DNA of 64,000 nt from Eledone cirrhosa (GCA_964016885.1 OZ024748.1:58590001-58654000); one strand, 5' to 3'. Shown: positions 19,450 through 35,295, numbered from the stretch's first letter. Made by a program: numbers and translations. The notes: a model not told the origin generated them from the letters alone.

Positions 19450-19600
19450 GTAATAATAATAACTGAAGATGGCTCGATGAGGATAATATATATATAAAAA
19501 TATATAAAACCGTAGAGCAAATGTTAAAGATTAAGCAAAGAATCACTGCTTTCACACTTAACGGCATCTTCTGAAACTTTAATCTGTTATTTTAATATAT
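19450..19600 (-). mobile_element. Short diverged family A foldback copy
   Basis: Tail and HHR region on the minus strand, then a switch to the plus arm at aaact (19574-19578). Confidence 0.65.
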
Positions 19601-20326
19601 AAATATATATATGTGAATCACTACCTCCCTACGGACAACTAACACTGCACACCTGGTCCGGAACACGGAAGAGCCGAACTCCCACTGATGGTTTTCGTTG
19701 TTCGTTTCATATTGTATTGTAATATATGATTATGTGTTTTACAAAGAGACGTTCTACGTTTGAAGAGTGGTTTATCTTATAATGGAAATAATCTTCAGTC
19801 ATTTCCTGCTGTCAATTGGAGACACTTCACTATGATTTCTAGTACTATCAGTACTTACAACTGAATATTTCGCTGCGGCTTCGTATCTATTTATACTAAC
19901 TAAAATCTGAAGCTAATGTAGGGGCAATTTCCTTTAAATAAGGGACCTCTCCGCTCAGCGATAGAGCCGTTCCACTCAATGAAGGAATTATCTCTCTTCC
20001 CAGTTAACGGGTGAACATTTATTCTACATATAGAAGCTACATTTCTTCACATACTTTACACGATATATTCTCATTACTATATATAAAGCAGATGGAAGTG
20101 TCTACGGGTGGTATATTGAGGCCACTATTGTATAAGTTTTAGACGAAATCGTAGTTTTGACTTTCGAGTCATTCAAATTCATGTCTTTAATATTTTTGTT
20201 GTGGTTGTCGTGTCATGCCGTTTCCACTTTAATCGAGCATGTAGGAGATGAACGCAATTCCATGGTACTAAGTATACACAGATCCTTTCCTCATTGTATG
20301 ATGGTATACATCAATGCTATATTTAC

Positions 20327-20540
20327 AGATAACCAAGAGGGTGGTGCTTCTATTTTCTGGACACTGAGAGAACAGTAGTGTTCACTCGAAGCTATTGAAA
20401 TGTGTATGGATTCTAGTCGAATCATCTGGGTCCTAATGTTGGCTTTGTTTGTAGTGATAGGGTCTCTTAATACAACACCCCACATAATCGCTTGCATGTC
20501 AAAGTATTCTTTCACATCCAGCATATCAATTGCTCTGCTT
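20327..20540 (-). CDS. Candidate internal exon (SRAIDMLDVKEYFDMQAIMWGVVLRDP...KIEAPPSWLS)
   Basis: tacag acceptor, 71 open codons, gtaaat donor; no homology recognised. Confidence 0.3.
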
Positions 20541-21268
20541 CTGTATCCGAATTAAACAAGAATGTAGAGTAATCCAGGTTTTATACTACAATATTGGTGA
20601 TCTGAGTCATATGATGAAACAAAAATTTGCCTCATTCTAGATAATGTAAACATTCATTAGTTATTGCATTATACTATATCTGAAATAATAATAGCTAGAA
20701 TATAATGGCAAAAAAAAAACTATCCGATGAAAACTTTCCAATATGTTTCATTAAGAAGCCTATTTTCTGTAGCTTAGAAAAGAGACTAGTGAAGCCATGA
20801 AACCTTGCGTTTCATTCTCTTGTTATTATAGAAATGATGTCAGGGAGAATTTCTTTTATAGCCAATGGCAATATGTAAACTAATGAATGTATATATTTTT
20901 TATGACACTATCAAATGTCCAATATTCTAAGCTTATGAGAAGATTAGTTGTGTAACCCTTGACGTTGACTTGATACCTGCATCTAAATTAAGGCAGCTTT
21001 TATTGCGTTCAATATACGGTCTAGTTGGGGAAAAGGCCAGAGAAAAAATGATATATGTACTACTAGCTGAGCCTAAAGTATTTTTTCGATTTCGAATAAA
21101 CTAAAATTAATCATCAATATTAGAATATTTCTACATATAATATATTGTTCCAATGCCAGTATTCGTATGATCCAACGAGGTAATATGTACATAATTGCGT
21201 ACGTTGCTGTAAAAAAGCAACCATATCTACCTAAATGTTGCATCTTATCCCCGATAAGTAATCAACGA

Positions 21269-21383
<115 letters not shown>

Positions 21384-21516
21384 AGAGATATTTAATTTGT
21401 TGGAAATCCAACAAATATAGATGTTTACAACTGATTCAAAGCACTCGACAGATTTCTGGAGTAAGTATTCAATTGATATTAAATAAATGGAAACTATATT
21501 TATAAAACCATATTTA

Positions 21517-21574
21517 TTCTATTATATATATTTCAAGGGTACCAAAAATGTTGGTACGCTATCATCAGATAAAA
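21517..21574 (-). ncRNA. Type I hammerhead motif (mirror copy 24106-24163 + has a CTGATTA core mutation)
   Basis: ttttat-CTGATGA-tagcgtacca...tggtaccctt-GAAA-tatata-TA-atagaa. Confidence 0.7.
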
Positions 21575-21896
21575 TACAAAATGTTTTATAAATATTTGAC
21601 ATGACCAAGGATGATATACCTTAACGGTTCAAGTTATCCCTGGAAAGTGAAGGGAAGAGAGGAGAAAAATCAGATATTTAAAATTATTAATATGATTATG
21701 CAAATGATGTGTATCGCCAAAATTCTACATTCAGAACTATATGTAACTTATAATATTCCTATTAATCTCCAAAATGATCTTATCTGCTCTAACATTTTAT
21801 ATGTTTAATACCTTTAATATATTAATATCTCTAAATCATAATATCTTTAAAATTTCTTATAATATATATATATAATATATATATACATATATATAT

Positions 21897-22845
21897 ATAT
21901 ATCATAAAACATGTCTATAGAATCACAAGATAAAATATATACTATTTCCTCTCCCAATTAGCATAATTAACCATATAAAAAATCGAATAGACCAGGCTAT
22001 AAGAATGAGGCTTCTATGAAGAAATCTCCGACAAATAACCGAAACTAGCGCTTCGTGTCGGCCGTAGCGGAATATTTATCGAATATTTCGACAGCGTAAT
22101 CGCCCAGATATAGTCAACTAAACAGAATTGTTTAATTCATAAATTTTTCATTGAGCCACAAAGTGACCAGTTGCAAAACACGTATATGTATATGTATATA
22201 TATATGTAAACTTTTATATGTAATAATCTCCCATTAGGTTGAGATACAAATTTGGCTGTATTGTGCTGTGCTTTCTAGCAAAAATGCCACCAGTCGTAAG
22301 CAACTACCACACCCCTTCCAACCTGACCGCGACTACGTCACGATTTTTAGCCATTTTGAAATCAATTTCTTGGCGCGATCACTTTTGAAAATTTAGTGTC
22401 TAGATAAGAGCGAGCTTCCTGATGAATCCAGCGCTCGAGTTTATATAATTATTACATAATTATTGGAAAACTCAAAATACGGACGAAACCATGGTTGAGG
22501 TTTTTAAATTTATTCTATTTTCTCCTAGTTTATTTTACACCTAATTCTGTTTAGTTGACTATATCTGGGCGATTACGCTGTCGAAATATTCGATAAATAT
22601 TCCGCTACGGCCGACGCGAAGCGCTAGTTTCGGTTATTTGTCGGAGATTTCTTCATAGAAGCCTCATTCTTATAGCCTGGTCTATTCGATTTTTTATATG
22701 GTTAATTATGCTAATTGGGAGAGGAAATAGTATATATTTTATCTTGTGATTCTATAGACATGTTTTATGATATATAGCTCTGATTGTTTAATTTATTAAT
22801 TTTTCATTGAGCTACAAAGTGACCAGTTGCAAAACACGTATATGT
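21897..22845 (+). mobile_element. Nested foldback element, family E (arms 21897-22129 / 22543-22775; tail 22776-22845, partly duplicated at 22130-22190)
   Basis: ~233 bp near-perfect inverted arms in a TA run of the host element; relative at 29609-29930. Confidence 0.75.
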
Positions 22846-22854
22846 GTATGTATG

Positions 22855-22889
<35 letters not shown>

Positions 22890-24208
22890 ATATAGATATT
22901 TATTTATATATATTTATGTACTTCTAAATTATGTACTTCTATATAATTCTAATTTTAATTTTAATTCTGTTAATTCTTTTAAATTCCTTAATTCTTTTTT
23001 CTTAATATTTTATTTTTCTCATGACACTCTCTAAAGCTTTATTTTTCTAATGACACCCTCTAAAGCTAATTTTTAAATGTAGATTAATAACCCTTAACTG
23101 TTTTTAGTAAAATATATCCTATTCAGGATGGTGTTTAATTATTCATATTTCTTTAGAATAAATAATTAATCCCACACTAGTGATTAATAAAAGAAATTGG
23201 AGTTATCTTTCCTTCTTTCAATCATAAACACTTTTTATACATAACTCCGTTAATTTAACCTTATAAATTGTAACTCCCTATTTATATACATAAAATCAAC
23301 ATCCCTAGTAACATATATTAGGAACAAACACCTATATATTTTATTTATTTATAAATCAACATCCCTCGTAACTCATATTATAAACACACTATCATTTAAA
23401 AAGATAACATATTCTATTATTAAAATACATATATAGATATTTATATATCATTATAATAAGATAAATAATTCTCCATATAAATATAGATAAATGTCTGAAT
23501 ATAATTTCCCTAAATTAACGTTCAAGTGGTCTTCCTTTTCATTTTTCTTCCTTCTTTAACAATTTTAGTTTGATCATTTATATCGCTTCGTTAAATTAAT
23601 AATATTCTGAAAACATTCTCAATGTTGAAAATGTTTGAATCCACAAATTATTCTAATCTCACAACTTGAAAATAAAAATGTTCAGCATCCTTCGTAACTC
23701 ATATTTTTTTATATAAACAATCAATGTATACGCAACTTATTAATATATATATAGATATTTATATACATATAACCTATTCTAATGTAATAAGATAAAATAA
23801 TTTCAACCATAATTCTTCATATAATTTTATAACTCATAATATAGGTAACAATAATCTTTTCCCCAAAATTAACGTTATTCTTTTCTCTTTCTCTTCTTTC
23901 CTTAATATTCATAAATATTTAAATTTTCCATAGCGTCTAAAATAACGTTTTTTCAGTCCTTTAATAAACACATCATTTGCATAAACATATTAATAATTTT
24001 AAATATCTGACTTTTCTCCTCTCTTCCTTTCACTTTCCAGGAATAACTTGAACCGTTAAGGTATATCATCCTTGGTCATGTCAAATATTTATAAAACATT
24101 TTGTATTTTATCTGATTATAGCGTACCAAAATGTTTGGTACCCTTGAAATATATATAATAGAATAAATATGGTTTTATAAATATAGTTTCCATTTATTTA
24201 ATATCATT

Positions 24209-24240
<32 letters not shown>

Positions 24241-24241
<1 letters not shown>

Positions 24242-24433
24242 CGAAGGAAATGTGGTAAGGAACCAGGTGGACCATAACGCACCAAAGTACTCAATACTTA
24301 GGGCAGTAGAGTGGATAATAGGAACTAGTAGGACCCCGACGGCTGAGCTCAAGCCGTTTCGACGGCTAATTCGGTCCAGAATTAGCCGTCGAAACGGCTT
24401 GAGCACAGCCATCGGGGTCCTACTCGTTCCTAT
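24241..24433 (-). mobile_element. ~190 bp hairpin element, family F (arms 24318-24372 / 24379-24433)
   Basis: Same architecture at 55776-55969 and 57879-58075, partial at 4716-4780; always in (TA)n. Confidence 0.8.
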
Positions 24434-24434
24434 A

Positions 24435-24488
<54 letters not shown>

Positions 24489-24492
<4 letters not shown>

Positions 24493-24858
24493 GGACGTGA
24501 GTTTTATTGTAGTACAATAAAGCAATGCAGATATCGGATAAGAAGCACTCTACAGTTTGTAGGACTGGAGTATACATAATATATAAGAACAAAAGATGGT
24601 TAAAGGAGTTCCATGTATTTCATTATGCGCATTTCAAAAACAAATATCATCATGCAATAATATTTGTGTTTTCATCAGATAAAACAGGAGGACATGATAT
24701 GAAGGTTACAAAACACTTGTGGATAGTTCAGTTTTAAATCAACATATCATGTCCTCCTGTTTTATCTGATGAAAACACAAATATTATTGCATGATGATAT
24801 TTGTTTTTGAAATGCGCATAATAAAATACATGGAACTCCTTTAACCATCTTTTGTTCT

Positions 24859-24870
<12 letters not shown>
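24489..24870 (-). mobile_element. Short family D foldback element with two mirror HHR motifs (24618-24684 -, 24760-24826 +)
   Basis: Arms ~24577-24700 / 24744-24868; ttttat-CTGATGA...GAAA-tgcgca-TA-ataaaa; same tail as at 13751. Confidence 0.8.
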
Positions 24871-24893
<23 letters not shown>

Positions 24894-24941
24894 ATCCTGA
24901 ATACAACCTGCTTAAAAATAAGAAAAGTAATCAACGATGAC

Positions 24942-24977
<36 letters not shown>

Positions 24978-25182
24978 TTAAGGGTACTATTTATGGTTGT
25001 GTATGCAATAAAACCTTTAATGGTAATATATTATATATACACAAACCCTAAATAGTGAAAGATAGTCATTAATTACTATCCTATTACCAGTAAGATAAAT
25101 AGCTCAATGTAATAACATCAGTTGTTTTACAGAGCAGTTATATAGAGATTACAATAATCAAAGTTCAGTTTAAGTCATTTAT

Positions 25183-25231
25183 TTGCTTACAATTGTTTCC
25201 TCCAAACCGAGGTTTGGATTCTTCGGAGCAA
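25183..25231 (-). ncRNA. Type I hammerhead motif, U4C core variant
   Basis: ttgct-CCGAAGA-atccaaac ctcg gtttggag-GAAA-caattg-TA-agcaa; perfect stem I, 7-bp stem II, palindromic stem III. Confidence 0.7.
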
Positions 25232-25713
25232 CTATTTACTGATCTATAACATACTTGACCTCCTTTTCAACCCAAGAGACACATAAAACATATGCGCATA
25301 TTGATCAACAGTGGGGTGACATTCATCAAATGATATAGCATGGCAATTTACATATAAAGGTTACAGGATAAAAATAAAATAAAAACTAGAATGAAAATAA
25401 AGATAAACATGAAGCGTTGGCAGTCTATGAAGATAAAGCAAGAGGAAAGTTTAGAGTAGTCAGTGTATGAAACAGTCTCACGTGTAGCATGCACGCGTGT
25501 CTTATTTATACATGATTAGAGTGCGTCAGAATGATATTTGCAGGGTCAGGCAGTTGAAGCAGGCAAACGATCTTATTATGTGGGCTGGATTATTAAGTCA
25601 TTTATTCTCATACATCTGTATGATATACAGTCTCGGATGCAGGGAAACACCAAAATATCAAAAACTTTCCACATACTATAAACCTTATTGTATCGTAGGC
25701 AAAGCCGTACCAC

Positions 25714-25743
<30 letters not shown>

Positions 25744-25744
<1 letters not shown>

Positions 25745-26060
25745 GGTGAGTAGGAAACTGGAAGGGTAGATCCGGGAATTTGAGGTTGTGAGTTCGATTC
25801 CCGACCGGGGAGGGGTGCATTTTGTCCTTGAGTAAAACTCTAATTTCACACTGCTCCAGGATACTCAGCTGTCGAAATAATTTTACCAAGCTGTATCATC
25901 CTTTGCCTTTCCCTTGGACAGAATCAGTGGCGTGAAGGGGGGAGACATGTATGCATGCGTGAATGCTTTCTCTTCCCTCAAAATATCTTGCTCGGGCATA
26001 GGCCTCAGAAGAGGAACTTTCTAGGTTCGAAACACATTGTCATTCGTGACGACATGGGTC
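25744..26060 (+). mobile_element. tRNA-derived SINE, second family
   Basis: B-box gagttcgattccc followed by tgtccttgagtaaaactctaatttcacactgctccag core; weaker relatives near 4430-4680 and 50130-50400. Confidence 0.6.
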
Positions 26061-26129
<69 letters not shown>

Positions 26130-26694
26130 AGAATTGTGGTCAGTGAGATGTATACACATATCTTAAAGAAAAATAGCTACACACCTTACAAATTGTGTCA
26201 GACATTTTATTTCCTACAACCATTGAAGTATATTGTAATATACATGCATCTATGGACAGCAATTAAATTGGCAATTATTATACACAATATATCAATATAA
26301 AGATATTTTGAAAGATATTTTTCGTACGGATATTAAATATTTGTTTATCTAATAGATCGCAGCTTAATGCACTGGAAGAAAAAATAAATTGTCTGATTAA
26401 AGCCAAACGTGTTTAGGCCTGTGCAGAATCTGAACACCATGCAGTTGATATAGAGGAAATTGGTAGACTGTAATTATACGAAAGATCTAGAAGCAAATGT
26501 AAATCGAATAAAAATCAAATACAAATATTTAAAGAACGTTATTAATTCTAATAAATTCGTACGACAATTAAATTTTAAACATACTTTATTGTCTATATTT
26601 TATAGGAAGAAAATGAAACTGTTTTTATTAAATATCCTGCAAAGAATGGCAATAAATATTGTGTGGTCAAATATGGAAATGCTGGTAAGGGGAT

Positions 26695-26785
<91 letters not shown>

Positions 26786-26811
26786 GAGAGAGCGAGAGAG
26801 CGAGAGAGAGA

Positions 26812-27070
26812 GAGAAAATAACATGGACGGTTGGTTACACCTTCATTATGTATTAGGTTGGGGACACGCGTTTCGCCTATGCTCAGCTCAAGGTTCGATT
26901 TGTATCGATCTAGCCTGACTCTGGAGTCCGCGGCTCGTCTGACCCCTATCATCTTGCAATGGTAATGGAAAAGAAATCGTCCGTGTTATTTTATCTCACT
27001 ATAATACACTCTGTCTAGCTGTACGCCTCGACACTGATGTGAACCTAAGCATCGAGTGCTCATCCGGCAG
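26812..27070. mobile_element. Family G foldback element with degenerate long-stem-II HHR (26860-26946 -)
   Basis: Homologous to 35375-35630 and 38332-38640; CAGACGA...GAAA-cgcgtg-TC. Confidence 0.6.
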
Positions 27071-27147
27071 TTGGACATATCGATGAATTGACAAAGTTGA
27101 ACGCATTTCAATAATATGTTTACCTGTCCTTTCCACATTAATTCTTA

Positions 27148-27200
27148 CTGTCTGAAGAGGTCACAGCCTATAATAGATGTCACCAAAATATATATACCAG
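27148..27200 (+). ncRNA. Degenerate type I hammerhead motif in a pLTR-like fragment (~27075-27349)
   Basis: ctgt-CTGAAGA-ggtcaca...tgtcacc-AAAA-tatata-TA-ccag (GAAA changed to AAAA). Confidence 0.45.
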
Positions 27201-27346
27201 AGAATTTATAATAAACGAAGCCAAATTTAACATGTATTACTTACTTATTTTACATTACTCCTGAGTAAACAAACCAACCTGCGTACTTTGTCGAGTGCTC
27301 CAATCTGCATACTGAGGTGTCGGTAAACAACCAACAAATACTCAAA

Positions 27347-27403
<57 letters not shown>

Positions 27404-27958
27404 CATAATCGGAGAAAGCTAATAACGATCTCTGGGCCAAATTCCAACTCACTCAACAAACATTAGGAAATACCTGAGTATATTACTAATTAAACGTTCG
27501 GGGTGCTAACTAATTGTATTGTGTGGAAAAATGGCTGTATCATTTCATATTAGATATATCAAATATATCTCTTCCCAGATGGACGTCTCGTTTCATTATA
27601 AGATTTCTACAAGTTAGGTGAAATTATACCAATTTATGTAGAAGCTTGTATAAGATCAACAGCTACTTATTCAAGTGGGCGCTTATAATTCTTCAGTGGG
27701 TGCCCAATAATATTAATATTGATAACGAAAACAACACCAATATTTAGCGATAATCACCATCAGTGCTTGAGGGAGCAGCTAGGTTGTTAGTCCAGCAGTT
27801 CTAAAGAAAATCTCACACTGTCTCGAAAATAGGAAGAAGGAGATTACCGCCAAAACACAATACATGCGCAGGTCAATGAATTCTGAAAAGAATTCAAGCC
27901 ACGTGCTAGAACTCAATTGGATTTGAAAAAATAACCATATGTGCGCATCGCTTGATGT

Positions 27959-28020
<62 letters not shown>

Positions 28021-28082
28021 TACATTTGCATATATATATACATATGTATATACATATATATATATATGTACACACACATACA

Positions 28083-28154
<72 letters not shown>

Positions 28155-28351
28155 CATATATTTAAGTACACATACGTATATATAGCGTGATGAAACCGTG
28201 AAGCACTAACTTCACATTGTACATTAATAGATAAAATGTGGTACATGTCAGGTAAAGCAATCAATGAAATCGATGACAGCATTGGGTAACATCCATTGCT
28301 TTTACCTTTATAAGAAATTAATAGTTCAAATTCCATTATATGGCAGCAACT

Positions 28352-28592
28352 TCCATCGTTCAAGGGTCAATAAAATATATTAACACTCAAGTAATGGGTT
28401 TAAATAACCAACGTCCTCTATCAACCAAATTGCTAGCTTTATGCCTAAGTTAACCAGCATAATATATTAGCGACGTCCATCGTTCAGAGGACAATAAGAT
28501 ATATTAGCGCTCAAGTAATGGGGTTTATAAAACCAACATCCTACCTCAACCAAATTGCTGGCCTTGTGCGTAATTTGACAACTATTATATTA
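28352..28592 (+). repeat. Diverged tandem duplication, ~124 bp period, each unit ending in a SINE-like 3' tail
   Basis: tccatcgttca...caagtaatggg...caaccaaattgct occurs twice. Confidence 0.7.
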
Positions 28593-28879
28593 GAGCAGCA
28601 AGTAATATCGATTTCTCCTTGGGTATTTCTTATTCAGTCTATTATTTGTTTTCTAAAATCCTGGTCTCCAGATAGTCTGACAGATATCAATTAGTTCTTA
28701 CATAATTATAGCAAAATAGAGTTAAAACCACCTGCCTTCGTACCACATACTGCTTCATTACTTTACACCCAACTATTATCTAACTGTTTCTACGACCGAC
28801 TAACACGTGCGTATGGGTTTTCTGTGCTGTACGTGGTGAGCGAATCTACATATATGACAAAGCACACAAACAACACATG

Positions 28880-28937
<58 letters not shown>

Positions 28938-29033
28938 CATATATAAATGTATATAAATGTATATGTATACATATGTGTATATATGTATATATATATATAT
29001 ATGATTATCTATATATATATATGTATATATATA

Positions 29034-29085
<52 letters not shown>

Positions 29086-29173
29086 GTTTATATATATATG
29101 TTTATATATATATATGTTTATATATATGTATATATATATATATATGTATATATATGTATATATATATATATAT

Positions 29174-29573
29174 GACCCCTTAGCCTTTGTCAAGGCAGAA
29201 TTCTAGGAGAAGGAAAACTCTGATATAACACCTGCAACTCTGATGGTATCCAATGATGTTGACTTGTTCTTCTTTTTGGTAAATATCATCTTGGTTAAGA
29301 GAGTGGGACTGGCTTTGTGCAGTGCCTTTGCTCACTATAAAAGCTTCACGGCACAGGCATTGCTTTATATCTGGAGATCTCTCTGCACTTGTCGTCATAT
29401 GGTACCATGGGCCCAGCACTGTGTGTCAATAATTGTCACAAGTGTAGTGTTTGTACCAGAGTTTTCAAGTCACTGGCTGGACTAAGAAGTCACACTCGTT
29501 CAACGCATCGGTGGGAGTTCTCCTACATGGATATAAAGTAGTGGTCGTACTCGAAAACGAGTTGGCAGCCACC

Positions 29574-29575
<2 letters not shown>
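29174..29575 (-). mobile_element. Unclassified ~400-455 bp interspersed repeat in (TA)n, copy 1
   Basis: Highly similar reverse complement of 54607-55062. Confidence 0.8.
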
Positions 29576-29608
<33 letters not shown>

Positions 29609-29611
<3 letters not shown>

Positions 29612-29930
29612 TATAGAGTAAAGCATATCCAGAGAATTATTTCATAATATATATACGCCATCTCTACTCCCAATCAGCATAATTAACCATAAATACGCCA
29701 CGATGGCGTATACATTTACTGTTTCTTCATAGATGCCTTTTATTCTTATAGTCTGGTTGATTTAATTGATTTTTTTTGTGTGGTTAATTATGCCGATTTG
29801 GAGTAGAGATGATGTATATATATTATCAAATAATTCTCTGGACATGCTTTACTCTATAGTATTTCGCTCTGATTAATTTATTAATTCTCCATTGGGCCAC
29901 ATCGTGAAAAGTTGCAAAATCACATATATA
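29609..29930 (+). mobile_element. Family E foldback element (arms 29609-29690 / 29781-29861, tail to ~29930)
   Basis: Inverted arms visible; tail gctctgatt...cca..gtga..agttgcaaaa shared with 22776-22845. Confidence 0.7.
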
Positions 29931-29959
29931 CCTGTGATTTTGTTTAATTGGTGTATGTG

Positions 29960-30132
29960 TAAATATGTATATTATATATATATATGTGTGTATATATATA
30001 TATATGTATATATATATATGTATGTATATATATATATTTATGTATATATGTATATATATATATCTATATATATATGTATATATATATATTTATGTATATA
30101 TATGTGTGTGTGTATATACATATGTATATATC

Positions 30133-30187
<55 letters not shown>

Positions 30188-30222
30188 GTATATATATATA
30201 TATGTATATATATATATGTATA

Positions 30223-30265
<43 letters not shown>

Positions 30266-30298
30266 GTATATATATATATATATGTATATATATGTATA

Positions 30299-30357
<59 letters not shown>

Positions 30358-30430
30358 ATATATATGTGTATATATATATGTCTATATATATGTCTATATA
30401 TATGTATATATATATGTATATATATATGTA

Positions 30431-30473
<43 letters not shown>

Positions 30474-30618
30474 GTATATATGTGTATATACATGTATATA
30501 AAAATGTGTATATATATATATATTTATATGTATATATATATATGTATATATATATATGTATATATGTATATATATATATATATGTATATATATATGTATA
30601 TATGTATAAATATATATG

Positions 30619-30650
<32 letters not shown>

Positions 30651-31112
30651 TGTATATGTATATATATATATGTATATATATGTATATATATATGTATATA
30701 TATGTATATATATATGTATATATGTATATATATATATGTATATATGTATATATATATGTATATATGTATATATATATATATGTATATATATGTATATATA
30801 TGTATATATATATGTATTTGTATATATATATATGTATTTGTATATATATATATGTATTTGTATATATATATATGTATTTGTATATTTATAAAAGAAAAAA
30901 TAATATATGTGTATATATATATGTATATATAAATGTATATATATATATATATATAAATATATATATATATGTATATATATATGTATATATGTGTATATAT
31001 ATGTATATATATGTATATATATGAAACATACATATATGTATACAGACGCACATAAGTATGTATATACATACATATATACATACATACATGCACACATATC
31101 TATATATATATA
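29960..31112. repeat. Interrupted (TA)n/(TATG)n tract
   Basis: Low-complexity run. Confidence 0.95.
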
Positions 31113-31440
31113 TGTTCGTATGGGTTTACCGAACATTTATTATAATGTTCGGTTTGTTTCTAAATAAACAGCCGGAATTAAGCCGTACACAGTTCGGCAA
31201 CCATCGTTGCCCTTTTGTTCAACACTGACAAAGGAAGGATGAACTAGTTTCTAGCTTATTAGCTGTCATCATCATTGTATACCTTCATGTCAATCGATTG
31301 AACGTTTAAGAGTATATACTTTCCTTGTGCATATTAATGGCTGATCAGCCTAATTTGCATATCGAGTGAGTTAGTCGGCCGGGCGTACAGAGAAGGATTT
31401 CTCACTCTTATTACGGCTGATACTTAAATATAAGTATCTA
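31113..31440 (-). mobile_element. Family H pLTR-like fragment, diverged, with degenerate HHR (31236-31278, ATGATGA core)
   Basis: Homologous to 33444-33800. Confidence 0.65.
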
Positions 31441-31515
31441 CACGTACATACATATATGTATACAGACGTACATGATATGGTTATACGGAACACTGTTCCG
31501 ATTAACCATGTCCAT

Positions 31516-31558
31516 TACGAGCTGAAGATCCGCTAAGGTGAAACAATTGTTCTCGGTA
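31516..31558 (+). ncRNA. Minimal type I hammerhead motif
   Basis: cgag-CTGAAGA-tcc gctaa ggt-GAAA-caattg-TT-ctcg; palindromic stem III, very short stem II. Confidence 0.72.
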
Positions 31559-31585
31559 TGGTGAACTAACTGTTGTGTAACCACT

Positions 31586-33421
<1,836 letters not shown>

Positions 33422-33443
33422 GTACACATACATATATGCACGT

Positions 33444-33855
33444 ATCAGTTTAGCGGACGCTTATTATAACGCCGCTTTGTTCCTTTGTAAACAAACTGTA
33501 CAGCCTGATTTATGCCATACAGTGTTAAGGCAACCACTTCACCTTTTTGTTCAACACTGACACAGGAACGATGTACTAGTTTCGAGCTCGTTAGCTATCA
33601 TCAGCACCGTATACCCTTCTGCCAGATAGTTGAACGTTCGAAAGTATATACTTTCCTTATGAAGATTAACGGCTGAGCAGCCTAATTTGCATATCGAGTG
33701 AGTTAAGTCGGTCAGGCATACCGAAAACGATAAGTTGAAATAAAATGAAAACGAAATTTAATTTCTCACTCTTAGTACGGCACATACTTACATTTAAGTA
33801 AGTGCCGTACTAAGAGTGAGAAATGAAATTTCGTTTTCATTTTATTTCAACTTAT
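33444..33855 (-). mobile_element. Family H pLTR-like element with terminal hairpin (33730-33855)
   Basis: ~54 bp inverted arms at the right end; HHR inside; flanked by TA. Confidence 0.7.
33568..33610 (-). ncRNA. Minimal type I hammerhead ribozyme
   Basis: acggtg-CTGATGA-tagct aacg agctc-GAAA-ctag-TA-catcgt; 6-bp stem I with one G-U pair, palindromic stem III. Confidence 0.82.
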
Positions 33856-33974
33856 ATATATATATAAATATATATATACATATAGAAGTCGTTACACAAC
33901 AGTTAGTAATCACTTCTATATGTATATATATATTTATATACATATATATATAGATATATATATGTATATATATG

Positions 33975-34083
<109 letters not shown>

Positions 34084-34179
34084 ATATATATATACATATA
34101 GAAGTCGTTACACAACAGTTAGTAACCACTTCTATATGTATATATATTTATATGTGTATATATGTATATGTATATTTAC

Positions 34180-34232
<53 letters not shown>

Positions 34233-34310
34233 CATATGTATATAATTGTGGGCATGTGTATTTCCGTATAGCTGGTGCGTTCATAGGCATGCGTAATTGC
34301 TGATTGCATT

Positions 34311-34382
<72 letters not shown>

Positions 34383-35086
34383 GATATAGTTATGTTTGTT
34401 TGCATCTGTGTGTATGCATACACAGAGAGAGGAAGACAGATAAAGAGAGGTATTACGAGAAAGAGATAAAGTGATGCACTGAGATTTTAAGATATAAAGC
34501 GATACTACTTTTGCTACTCAGTAACGTCCATGGCAATTTAATCACAAGAAACGTTTGTCTAGGATATTGTAAAAACAACGGGAGTCAATGCTCTTAATTT
34601 CCCGTTCTTCCGAGGAACCTAAATATATATAGAATTAATTGGGAAATGTAAATGATGCACGGTGTGAAATAGCAGGCAGCAATACCAGAGTTGAATGCAT
34701 GAATGTAATTCTTTACTCTAATTCTTTACTACAAAAATTAATTGTGAATAGTTTAAGTCACAGCAACAAATGAAAGGGAACACGGTTGCTGTAGGTTCAC
34801 ACGCAAATAGAAGACAAATATATAGAAACAAATATTCTTTTTTACAATATTTATTAAGCAAGGAAATTATTTTTTCTTCGTATACACTGATGCAATGCAA
34901 TAAAATTATTAAACAATAGATTTAATGAATCTAATTATTTCATTTCCGTCTTGATTCATATTGATTTTCAAATGTTTTACAGCCGAAAGATAATTGAGAA
35001 AATTAAAATTTAGTATTTTGAAAAGTGTATTTAACAATGAATGAAATCACAATATTTATTGCTCATTATTTTCTGCTTATTCGTGC

Positions 35087-35295
<209 letters not shown>

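Noticed and set aside
22405-22440. CTGATGA in the family E spacer
   Set aside because: No GAAA, stem III or stem I partner.
29180-29485. Paired 79/80-aa ORFs conserved with 54696-55001
   Set aside because: Conservation reflects recent duplication of a repeat; no motif or coding signal.
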